This document shows positions 7,301 through 15,228 of a DNA stretch of 64,000 nt, in pieces. Made by a program: the position numbers and the translations under genes. How positions within the stretch are numbered: the stretch's first letter is position 1; each line of letters starts with the position of its first letter. The stretch covers positions 1 through 64,000 of the forward strand of contig JAVVFY010000003.1 in NCBI GenBank assembly GCA_032249395.1, in the 5' to 3' direction. This DNA comes from Candidatus Aenigmatarchaeota archaeon (GTDB taxonomy: Archaea; Aenigmatarchaeota; Aenigmatarchaeia; CG10238-14; SpSt-28). The notes beneath the pieces were generated by a model. It did not search any database, was not told the origin of the DNA, and saw only the letters and a program-made list of their open reading frames with translations.

Positions 7301-10235
7301 AATTTGTTTCAAGTACATCTAACAAAGGATTTGATAATACTGCTACTTGAATAGTTGTAGAATTAGAGGAAACGCTATTGTCCAAATTCTTCCAATATAC
7401 ATAAACAAAAACATTGTAAGTGCCAGTTGAGGTTCTCGCTGGTATGCTAACATTAAATGATTTAATGCACGTTTCTCCACTTCTCAAATCTCCACAGCTT
7501 TCTAAATAAGAGTTTGAAGACCAGCCTGATGGCAAACTCAAAGTTATGTTAACGTCTCTCGCGCTTGTATTAAGAATGTTTTTCACAGTCGAGCTAAAAA
7601 CAAATGAATCTCCGGAATATTGAGTAATTGTTGATGTTATAAAGCTATATTTGTCTAGATCGATTGAAACATTCGTTTTTGGGTCTAATACTACCGTTAA
7701 ATTGAATGTATCGTATGAGTAATTTGTAGAAGCATTTATCGTTAGCTTATATGATCCTGCCGGATAGCCTAATGGTATTTGAGATGTTATACTAACATTA
7801 ACCTTTTGTCCTTGTGGTAAACTTGAAATTGAAGAAGGGTTAAATGATATGTTGAAATCTTGACAAATGCTTTCAATGCATGAAATCTGAATATTTTCTA
7901 AAGGATAGTTTCCTTCTGATGAAATTGTGAAGTTTGTTAGAAATGTCAACAAACCATCTTTAGCTTTTGTTGTTATAGATTGTTCTAAGATGTTTAGTAT
8001 AGGATTTGACAAAATTGTTATATTGATTTGAGTTTTGTTTGTAGAAATTGTTCCATCCGGATTTCCCCATCTAATTGTTATATTAACACTAAAGTTTCCT
8101 ATTGTGTTTTGAGGAGCAGTTATAGTGAAATATTTATAGCAAAATTCTCCCAGACCAATATCGCCGCAAGAATTTGGTTCAGATGGATAACTCCATCCGC
8201 TAGGGACTTCAAAGCTTATGTTTGCTGAATATGCAATTCCATAACCAATGTTAGATGCATTTACATAAAACCCAAAAGTTTCACCATAATAATAGGAAAC
8301 GTTAGCTAAAACTACTGAAGATGGAATAGGTTCTATTTTAACTTGAGTTTTTGCAGCCTGAGAAAAGAAAGTATCTTGACCAATACCATAATTTCCGTCT
8401 TTACTTGCATTACAAACTAGGATATAGTTTCCATATGGAGGTGAGGTGAAATTAACCAAGTAAGTACCATTCCCATAATCTGTGAAATTAGTAGTATAAT
8501 AGCTACCATAAGAACAATTTATAAAAGCTCCTGAAATGAATGAATCGTTTCTGTAATTTTTAACATTCACAATAGCAAAATTAGTTAAACCTTCCATCAG
8601 TATTTTGTTTAAAACTGAAGCATTCACGTTAAAAATGTTTGTAACTTCAAAAGAATATTCATGCGAATCCAAGAAAACAAAATCTTTGTCATAAATTGAA
8701 ACATTTATTTTCCAAGTGCCCGTTTGAGCATTATTTGGAATTAAAAAGTAGTTTGTGTATATCTTATCATTTGCTTGCTTATCGCCATGTGTACCGTCAT
8801 CAAAAAGTTGTATTGTTAAATCGTCTGATTTATCCAAAGTTCCAAAGTCTATTGTTGCATTTAGATACTTTGCTAATTGATATGGATCGTTTGTTATATT
8901 TACTTCGAGCAAAACATATTCATTTCTGTTGTAAATTGTTGCATTTGTCTTTATGCTAACGTTAACAAAGATTTTTTCTGGTTTGCTTATACTTATAACT
9001 TCTGGATTTGAAGCCGCTCTTCTAACATTCTCAAAAATAGTTCCTGGCATGATATCTCCATATGCACCAAAGAAGAGTATAGAAGAAAAGTTTATGTACC
9101 CATTTGGTTGTATTTGAGTTTCTTCTAGATGCAAACCTACTCTTCCAAGAGTTTCAGTTTCATTTTTTGCATAGAATGAAGAATATGAATTTAAGTTAAT
9201 TAGACCTCCAGCCCAATTGTAAGAAGTTGTACCAGCTAAAACATATGAATATGGATTTTGTTGATTTCCAGTAACAAAATCCGGATCAATTAAAAAGCTT
9301 CTATTCAAATCTAAAGCAATAGCTCCAGCTGGTGTCGATGACCTATTTATTGATTGACTTTTTAAATTGTAAATTTTTCCCTCGACTTTTATGAAAGAGC
9401 TGTAAGTATCTCCAGCCTTGTTATAAAAGTAATATCTCTTCTCTAAGAAAGCTTCGTTTGTTGGAGAAAGCGAGTTCGAATCTATTTCATAACCTCTTTG
9501 AATCAATGTCACTCTAACTGGTCCTGGAATAATTAATACATTGTTTGAAGTATTTCTAAGATCAAAAGTTAAAGTATTTGTTCCATTGAAGAGTTCTGTG
9601 TATTCAATAGGTTTTTGAGTCTCATCAACATTTACTATGTTGATACCATCTAACTTTCTCACAACCTGATATATACCAGAATAGTTTTGTCTAAATGTGT
9701 CTATGTAAATAGAAAGTTCTGTAGTGTTAACATTTATCATCCTTCCTGAACTATCAACATAATAAGTCAGATTAGTTGCGTATGTCTTGCTTTCTTTTTG
9801 TCCATTTTCAATTGAATCATAGTAAAGATAGAATGTTCTGTTTTGACCTTGCAATATCGTGCCATTTAAAATGAAAACAATTGTACCTACTGCGTTATAA
9901 GATGCATTATAATTATCATCTTTATCAAATTGAACTGGAACTTCGTAAAGAAGTCTTCCATCTGAGCTATACTCAAAAAGTCTTAACGAATTTTCATCAA
10001 ACGTTCCGCTGGGTAACAAATCAGTAAAGTTTATTTTTATTTCCACTGGCCAATTCGTTCTATCTGTAGGAGAATAAATGTCTATTCTAATCCTGTAATG
10101 CCATGTAGTATTAAACCAAGTAGCATTTGTGGGTTCTCCAAAACCAATAAAAAGGCCTGTAATTTGTGGCTTAAAGAAGTATAAAAATGCTATTGCCAAT
10201 ACCAAAAAAATTATTGCCAGGTTAACCTTTTCCAT
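4383..10235 (-). CDS. Large (1,950 aa) membrane-anchored surface glycoprotein with multiple Ig-like domains
   Basis: N-terminal signal; DUF2341-like start (WFNTTWHYRIRIDI); 'LFDDGTHGDKQANDKIYT' Ca-binding-type loop; NEW3/CARDB/MG2-like domains; coiled coil; TM followed by KKKKK; SHOCT-like cytoplasmic tail; many NxS/T sequons. Confidence 0.9.
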   Translation of the reverse strand: MEKVNLAIIFLVLAIAFLYFFKPQITGLFIGFGEPTNATWFNTTWHYRIRIDIYSPTDRTNWPVEIKINFTDLLPSGTFDENSLRLFEYSSDGRLLYEVPVQFDKDDNYNASYNAVGTIVFILNGTILQGQNRTFYLYYDSIENGQKESKTYATNLTYYVDSSGRMINVNTTELSIYIDTFRQNYSGIYQVVRKLDGINIVNVDETQKPIEYTELFNGTNTLTFDLRNTSNNVLIIPGPVRVTLIQRGYEIDSNSLSPTNEAFLEKRYYFYNKAGDTYSSFIKVEGKIYNLKSQSINRSSTPAGAIALDLNRSFLIDPDFVTGNQQNPYSYVLAGTTSYNWAGGLINLNSYSSFYAKNETETLGRVGLHLEETQIQPNGYINFSSILFFGAYGDIMPGTIFENVRRAASNPEVISISKPEKIFVNVSIKTNATIYNRNEYVLLEVNITNDPYQLAKYLNATIDFGTLDKSDDLTIQLFDDGTHGDKQANDKIYTNYFLIPNNAQTGTWKINVSIYDKDFVFLDSHEYSFEVTNIFNVNASVLNKILMEGLTNFAIVNVKNYRNDSFISGAFINCSYGSYYTTNFTDYGNGTYLVNFTSPPYGNYILVCNASKDGNYGIGQDTFFSQAAKTQVKIEPIPSSVVLANVSYYYGETFGFYVNASNIGYGIAYSANISFEVPSGWSYPSEPNSCGDIGLGEFCYKYFTITAPQNTIGNFSVNITIRWGNPDGTISTNKTQINITILSNPILNILEQSITTKAKDGLLTFLTNFTISSEGNYPLENIQISCIESICQDFNISFNPSSISSLPQGQKVNVSITSQIPLGYPAGSYKLTINASTNYSYDTFNLTVVLDPKTNVSIDLDKYSFITSTITQYSGDSFVFSSTVKNILNTSARDVNITLSLPSGWSSNSYLESCGDLRSGETCIKSFNVSIPARTSTGTYNVFVYVYWKNLDNSVSSNSTTIQVAVLSNPLLDVLETNLSKKVEPSKNSYIGNFTVLSIGNDRLYNIRFSCVEGKCDDFNFIFTPSLISSLEAGTNYSVALNVSIPFNYLAGSYQSLINVTSDNSKNYDTLLVIINVSENRTWDIYPIECKKSEFPTDGIACELNVYNLGNANITFSIYPEYGNYTKVNETSFVIEANKTKKVSILYNVTGIPEGIYNSTFTISALEDDANPKNKTFYVTLLPYSPPEIQIYFDKDEIEQTRNVRIFANVTDKSGTGIKSVNASVQQPNGSIDTSQMAFLTSDGNVSIFYVDYPFVSGGSTYDVGIYNVTVTAEDNVGNIGNSTSFFKVRRTFVAIVSTFSDKYYQGDTGSIYFLARDFEGNPIKDVKVSFEIYNPQGVLIFKSQNYTTNDDGTILPPPSFYLPSDSIVGNYTLIAKAVLELGNVITTKNVSYNFSVLLRSITVTGLFADISTSVVWYPNNIMKFGILVYNGEGRPVDPDSMNLTVYDPAGNVYLSVSLAQMNRESIGFYSYRYAMPVNTPSGMYLAVLNVSKGDFNTMKLASFRVAMGGPYDLKVIPLQYEVAQGEELPFNILVINMGEVSQDVFIEYWVSSVDGKKYFYSSEAVYTPSLTNKTFLRTAYIFSDQPLGTYFINVKMTYDYVQPPILANATFLVVARNVTQVVRPIQQVPIPTGQIIVPTPLPIPTANLTASILIEKFNPNISLARNSIKTELVTVRNTGSLDLSNVSLMLVGFPVNWFNITPSNYYSLAPNATAVFAITFNVPKEVSIGNYTATLVASSNLISDSKQINIIIYRSLRELLEEEISKLEDELAQLIIDTKIAEKEGKDVSVVKDMINSIRDEILKARDNLNKENYEGAMKNVENAKVLLERARDLLSKLTVKARAFVIPFWLIAAIAIAILAIASTVLILKKKKKEGEKIRLPTFLPAVKLAEQIRKKPSKEEILAEKENVLRALRALEKSREEGLISEAAYRAMKKSLEEKLEKIEKKL

Positions 10236-10264
10236 GATTATTTATTCGAAATTCAATGTAAAAA

Positions 10265-10723
10265 ATGAAAAAAGCACAAGCAAAGCTTTTTAAGCTTTAC
10301 GCAAAGATATTCCTTTACTTTCTTTTGATAACCATCCTCTTTTCTTTTTCTACTATAGTTTTACACGAGCTTGGCCATTTTATTTTTGGATTGTATGCCG
10401 GTTGTAAACCAGTAAGAATCGTTTTGTTTGATACAAGCATTATGACAACTTATACTGAAATGGAATGTCCTCCAAACGTTAACATGTTCTTATTAGGAAT
10501 TTCTGGTTTTTTTGTTGTTTTACCACTTTCGCTTATTTACTTTTTCATTTCAAAAGGTGGAGAAAAATATCTTGCCTTGATAATGATTGGGTTTAATTTT
10601 GTTATTGCGGTTAATGATTTTGAGGTATATTTGAAGCTTCCATTTTCAGAGATTTTTGCAATATTTGGAAGTTTGCTCATAGTTGTTGGTGAAATCTTAT
10701 TAATCGAGAAAACAATATTCTAA
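10265..10723 (+). CDS. Small integral membrane zinc metallopeptidase, M50/site-2-protease-like
   Basis: HELGH (HExxH) at the end of TM1; about 4 hydrophobic segments; a downstream Asp (AVND) as possible third ligand. Confidence 0.6.
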   Translation: MKKAQAKLFKLYAKIFLYFLLITILFSFSTIVLHELGHFIFGLYAGCKPVRIVLFDTSIMTTYTEMECPPNVNMFLLGISGFFVVLPLSLIYFFISKGGEKYLALIMIGFNFVIAVNDFEVYLKLPFSEIFAIFGSLLIVVGEILLIEKTIF

Positions 10724-11167
10724 ATGATATTTTCGCAAACTTATCCAATAATCACTTATGCTTTAATGCTAACAATTTTAACGATAATCTCTTTTTTTGT
10801 GGTTTTAAGCAGGAAAAGAAAGGAAAAGAAAGTTCTTCTTATTCTACCAACATCTCTAGACCAAAAAATCCAACTTTCCATTACTGATGGCATTTCTCGC
10901 TCGGTAGAAATTTTTAGTAATTCTGAAAGAGTTCCTTTGAGAATGTACAAATCTTGTGTTTATGTTCTCGACCCAAAGGAAAGCTTAGATAAGCAATTAG
11001 ATAATTTTAAAAGGATAAGAGAACAAGCGGAAGATTCTATTGCTATTCTAATTTCTGAAAGTTTAGATGGAGTTTCTTCTTTAAAAGAAAGGCTTCCGGA
11101 GCTGGAGATGTTTAAACCTTCTGAAATTGAAAAAGTGAGAGAAATTATTCATTCCAAACTTCGATAA
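10724..11167 (+). CDS. Hypothetical protein, N-terminal TM with cytoplasmic alpha/beta domain
   Basis: ORF abuts the upstream stop (TAAATG); TM followed by RKRKEKK. Confidence 0.65.
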   Translation: MIFSQTYPIITYALMLTILTIISFFVVLSRKRKEKKVLLILPTSLDQKIQLSITDGISRSVEIFSNSERVPLRMYKSCVYVLDPKESLDKQLDNFKRIREQAEDSIAILISESLDGVSSLKERLPELEMFKPSEIEKVREIIHSKLR

Positions 11168-11169
11168 GC

Positions 11170-11211
11170 TGCATATATAATTTTATATACGTGCATATAT
11201 AATTTTATATA
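11170..11211. promoter_or_regulatory. Tandem 20-bp direct repeat, putative operator of the HEPN-MNT operon
   Basis: TGCATATATAATTTTATATA at 11170-11189 and 11192-11211 (22-bp period); each copy contains the near-palindrome TATATAA-TT-TTATATA. Confidence 0.6.
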
Positions 11212-11720
11212 TGGTTTTGGAAGAAATAGGTTCTAAGCTTCCAACAAGAGAAGACTCAATCAAAGCTTATTATGAAACTTGTGTTTCACGAAAAAAATTC
11301 ATAAATATCGATGCTTCAGAAGCTATTTTGCATTTAGAAAAAGCGAAGCACGATCTGAGTAGAGCTATAAAAGAGTTTGAAGATGACTGCTGGGATTGGA
11401 CTATAATTAAAGCTTACTATTCTATTCATCATGCCGCTAATGCTTTATTAATAAAGAAAGCCAAAATGTTCTCAAAAGACCATATTTGTCTTATAGTAGC
11501 GTTAAAACATTTAGGATTAATTCCAAATGAGTTTTATGAAGAGTTAAGAAAGCTTCACTCCAAATTTTCTGACTTTACTGCTTTTGAAATAGCATATTCT
11601 TTAAGGAAAGTAAGTCAGTATGACGTTGTTAAATGGAAAGAACTTTCCAAAGAAGATGCTGAACTTGTTCTTGAGTTTGCAAAGAAGTTTGTTAAATTTG
11701 TGGAGGAGTTGATAGCATGA
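11211..11720 (+). CDS. HEPN domain protein (toxin of a HEPN-MNT module)
   Basis: 'HLEKAKHDL..A', 'AYYSIHHAANALL', 'KDHICL', and an RxxxxY motif (RKVSQY). Confidence 0.85.
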   Translation: MVLEEIGSKLPTREDSIKAYYETCVSRKKFINIDASEAILHLEKAKHDLSRAIKEFEDDCWDWTIIKAYYSIHHAANALLIKKAKMFSKDHICLIVALKHLGLIPNEFYEELRKLHSKFSDFTAFEIAYSLRKVSQYDVVKWKELSKEDAELVLEFAKKFVKFVEELIA

Positions 11721-12319
11721 TTTTTCCTATAACAAAATCCAGATACAAAGTGTTGAGAAAAATCTACGAAAACCCAGGTATAAACATTTCCGAATTAGTA
11801 AAAGAAACACGTACTGCACCAAACATCATTTACAAACATATAAACGACCTTAAAAATTCTGAGGTAATAAAAGAAGTTGAGATTGGAAAAAATCGTATGA
11901 AAAAAATTTATCCGAACCTCAAAAGCGAAAATGGAAAGCTGGTTTTTTCTTTGATAGAAATGCAAAAGAAAGAGGAGTTTTTCGTTAAGTATAAAAGCTT
12001 AAAAGGCCCGTTCATTCAACTTTTGCAGAATTTACCAAACAATGTAGTTTGCATACTTGTTTTTGGAAGTTATGCTAGATTCTCTGCTGAAAAAGAAAGC
12101 GACTTAGACTTACTTTTTATAACCACGAATAATAAAACTGAAAAAATAGAAAGAATTCTTGAGGAATCTTTTGTTACTTTTGGTAAGGTTTCTGCTCGAT
12201 TGATAACGATTGATGAATTTACCAAAAGCAAAGATACAGATACTATGCTTAAGCAAATAATCAAAGAACATATTTGTGTTTTTAACGCATGTAAATTTGT
12301 TGAACTTATTTCAGAATAA
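11717..12319 (+). CDS. wHTH-fused minimal nucleotidyltransferase (MNT antitoxin)
   Basis: N-terminal wHTH (IYENPGINISELVKET); GS-x10-DxD motif 'FGSYARFSAEKESDLDLL'; ATGA overlap with the HEPN gene. Confidence 0.85.
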   Translation: MIFPITKSRYKVLRKIYENPGINISELVKETRTAPNIIYKHINDLKNSEVIKEVEIGKNRMKKIYPNLKSENGKLVFSLIEMQKKEEFFVKYKSLKGPFIQLLQNLPNNVVCILVFGSYARFSAEKESDLDLLFITTNNKTEKIERILEESFVTFGKVSARLITIDEFTKSKDTDTMLKQIIKEHICVFNACKFVELISE

Positions 12320-12324
12320 AAAAT

Positions 12325-12711
12325 TTACTCGATTTTTAGAAACGTAGAGAGCATGAATGGTAGAAAAGGAAGCAAGAATAGATAGCTGATTTTTCCGTAG
12401 AAGAAAAGCAGGATATCCGTAAAAAGAAAGAAAAATGAAAGTATCAGCATTAAAGAACTCATTCTTCTGTCTTCGAGTAAAAGAAATGTGATAGAAACGC
12501 TAAACATAGCAAGAAAAGAAAGAAATACCACAAAAAAGTATGAAAGTGGAGAGACACACATTAGCAAGGAATAAGTTTGAAGACTAGCATCTAGAATAAT
12601 GTTTTTGTTGTAAGAACAAGAAAAAATACTACTAGAAAATACCTTAACTGCTTCTTTAATTAATGGCAACGAAAATGATACAATTACCACTGCTAAGTTA
12701 TTAACTTTCAT
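12325..12711 (-). CDS. Hypothetical small membrane protein
   Basis: 128 aa, mostly hydrophobic segments. Confidence 0.5.
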   Translation of the reverse strand: MKVNNLAVVIVSFSLPLIKEAVKVFSSSIFSCSYNKNIILDASLQTYSLLMCVSPLSYFFVVFLSFLAMFSVSITFLLLEDRRMSSLMLILSFFFLFTDILLFFYGKISYLFLLPFLPFMLSTFLKIE

Positions 12712-12855
12712 GAGAAAATATGAATAGAAAAGAATTTATACTTTTACTTCTAGAAGAAAAGCCCATACTCAAAAATATTACACTTGCTATTTCAGTATAA
12801 ACCTAAGATACTAATACAATTCTTTATAAATAACTTGGACACTTAAATATACAAC

Positions 12856-13617
12856 TTACCATAAACGAAAGAGTTTTTTTATTTTATCCCAGATGCTTTC
12901 TTTTTCCACATAAAATTCTTCGCTAATTTCTGCTGCCAATTTTTTAAAAGACCTCGAAGCTTTTGTTCTTCCATCAAGCAAAACAACTGGAGTCATTTTA
13001 GAAATAGATTCAATGACTTTTTTGTCAAAAGGAATTTGTCCTATAATTCTTGCTTCAGTCAACTCTTCTATTTGTTCTAATTTCATCTCATGTTCTTTTC
13101 CTTCAACTTTATTCAAGACTAAACCTCTTAATGAAACGTTTAAAGCATGAACGATTTTCTTAGCTTTCAATCCAGAAATAATTGCTGCCATGTCAGGATT
13201 AGATACAAGAAGAATTTGATCACTCGCCTTTATGGTTGAAATTACCTCTCTTCCGATTCCAGCGGCTCCGTCAATTAACACAAAATCATAATTATCTTTA
13301 ACCTTGTCGATTTTTTCTTTAAGCTTAGAAGTATCCGGATGCTCCACCATTGCACTTAAGCTAGCTGGAATAATATGAACTCCACTTGGATGAATGTAAA
13401 TAGCTTGAGTTATATCAATCTTATCTTCTAGAACTTCAGTCAAAGTATTCTCTTGAGAAAGCATTCCAAAATGAATTCCCAAATTTGGTGTTGTTATATT
13501 ACCATCCACAGCCAAAACTCTTTTTCCAAAAAATTTTACTAGCGCTGAAGCCAAATTAGAAGTAACAGTAGTTTTTCCAACCCCTCCTTTTGCGCTTATT
13601 ATCCCAATAACTACCAT
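12856..13617 (-). CDS. minD: MinD/ParA-family ATPase
   Basis: Deviant Walker A 'SAKGGVGKTT'; 'DFVLIDGAAG'; 'LVLNK'; C-terminal amphipathic helix 'IWDKIKKLFRLW'. Confidence 0.9.
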   Translation of the reverse strand: MVVIGIISAKGGVGKTTVTSNLASALVKFFGKRVLAVDGNITTPNLGIHFGMLSQENTLTEVLEDKIDITQAIYIHPSGVHIIPASLSAMVEHPDTSKLKEKIDKVKDNYDFVLIDGAAGIGREVISTIKASDQILLVSNPDMAAIISGLKAKKIVHALNVSLRGLVLNKVEGKEHEMKLEQIEELTEARIIGQIPFDKKVIESISKMTPVVLLDGRTKASRSFKKLAAEISEEFYVEKESIWDKIKKLFRLW

Positions 13618-15228
13618 CTAAATTACCTCTTTCATTTTTTTCAAAACTTTCAAAACATCTTGTTTATCTTTAACTTTAATTGGTTCAACAAATTTTGGTT
13701 CGACAGATTCTTTTTTGACTTCTTTATTTTCAATTTCTTCATTTTGTATATCTTTACTATCTTTCAAATTTCCAGAGGCTTTAGAATCTTCAACTTTTGT
13801 TTCTTTTAGATTAATCGTCTCTTCTTTTGTTTCTATCTTCTCATTTTTCGAGTTATTATCCTGAGGTTTGAGTTTTTCAATAACTTCCTCCTTTTTTATA
13901 TCTTTTCCTCTTTTTTCTTCAGTTTTTGCTTCATCTCTATTCTTTTCATTTTCAACTTCCTCTTTTCTTTCAACAAGAGGAATAGCTTCTATTCCTCCGC
14001 TCTCTATAAACTTCTCTATTCTTTTCCACTCTTCTATTAACTGATCTTCAATTTTTCTAAGTTTTTCCAAAGCCTTAGATTTAGCCAAGTTATAATCTCC
14101 TAAGCTTATTTTTCCTAGTTGAAGTTCGGTTTCTAATGATTTTATTAACAACAAAACATCATCCCTCTCCTCTCTAAGTCTCTTTATAGTTTCTGGTATC
14201 TTCGCTTCAGTTATCGGCAGGACTTTATTAATTTCATCTATTTGAGATCTAATTGACATTATATCTGTTCTAAAAGACTCTATGTCTTTTAAAGTAGCAA
14301 CATTTTCTAACCTTGTGTTAATAGTTTCAACATTTCTGGAAAGTTCTCTTACGCTTTCTTCTAAAGAGTCCAACCTTGCTTTAAAAATTGGAAATTCTTC
14401 TAGATTTTTACTCATTTCAACAAATGCCTTCTCAACTTGTGTGGCCAATCGCTCAATATATCTCACAACTTCCTTAATTTCTTTAACCTTAGCTGATATG
14501 TCTTTGGAAATTTTTGTAAGATTTTCTAAACTTCCTGCACTCCTCAAAAATTCATTTATCTTAGACACTTTTTCTCCAACATCCTCAAGCTTTTTGTCAG
14601 TCTTTTCTTTAAATACCTCAAAACTCTCCAAATTTTTCTCAATATCTCTAATTCTCTTTTCAATTTTTTCAGGTCTCAATTCCTCTATATCGCTAGTCAA
14701 CTTTTCAACCTTCATTTCAAGTTCTTTTAGAGCTCCATCTGTCTGAAAAACCATAGAACGAACTTCTCCTAAAGCTTCCGCTAAACTTCTTATTTGCTCA
14801 TTCAAAGTCTTATCTGTATCTCTTAGAGACTCTATAAATGCTTTAATCTTTTCTAGCTCAACGCCAATCTTGCTTTCGGCAGCTTCTTCTTTTGTCTCCT
14901 CAACCTTAACCTCTTCAACTTCTTTAGGAGGATTCATAGGATCAATAAAAACTGGACCTTCTTCTGCAGAACCTTCCTGCTTATATGGATTCTCTTCAAC
15001 TTCTTTCTTTTTATCCTCTTTTTTCTTTTCCTCTTTTATCCCAAGTTTTTTGTTGATTTCTGCCAACTTTTTCTCGTACTTTTCTTTAGTTTCTTTGTAA
15101 ACAGCTTCTGTAATATTGGCTTTTTGAAATTCTTCTTCCAGTTGGGAAATTAATATAAGAATGTCTTCTCTTTCTTTTTCCAATTGTTTTCTCTCTTCTT
15201 CCTTCAACACTTTTTTAAATAAAGGCAC
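13618..15228 (-). CDS. Cytoplasmic long coiled-coil protein with two SHOCT-like motifs and a charged disordered tail
   Basis: Heptad-rich E/K/L sequence. GTG start shares a base with the stop of the giant gene; its stop abuts the minD ATG. Confidence 0.8.
   Translation of the reverse strand: MPLFKKVLKEEERKQLEKEREDILILISQLEEEFQKANITEAVYKETKEKYEKKLAEINKKLGIKEEKKKEDKKKEVEENPYKQEGSAEEGPVFIDPMNPPKEVEEVKVEETKEEAAESKIGVELEKIKAFIESLRDTDKTLNEQIRSLAEALGEVRSMVFQTDGALKELEMKVEKLTSDIEELRPEKIEKRIRDIEKNLESFEVFKEKTDKKLEDVGEKVSKINEFLRSAGSLENLTKISKDISAKVKEIKEVVRYIERLATQVEKAFVEMSKNLEEFPIFKARLDSLEESVRELSRNVETINTRLENVATLKDIESFRTDIMSIRSQIDEINKVLPITEAKIPETIKRLREERDDVLLLIKSLETELQLGKISLGDYNLAKSKALEKLRKIEDQLIEEWKRIEKFIESGGIEAIPLVERKEEVENEKNRDEAKTEEKRGKDIKKEEVIEKLKPQDNNSKNEKIETKEETINLKETKVEDSKASGNLKDSKDIQNEEIENKEVKKESVEPKFVEPIKVKDKQDVLKVLKKMKEVI

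Noticed and set aside
13618..15228. Coiled-coil protein as CdvA or SMC
   Set aside because: No PRC-barrel, no ATPase motifs and no cdvB/cdvC neighbours; only a short SHOCT-like resemblance.
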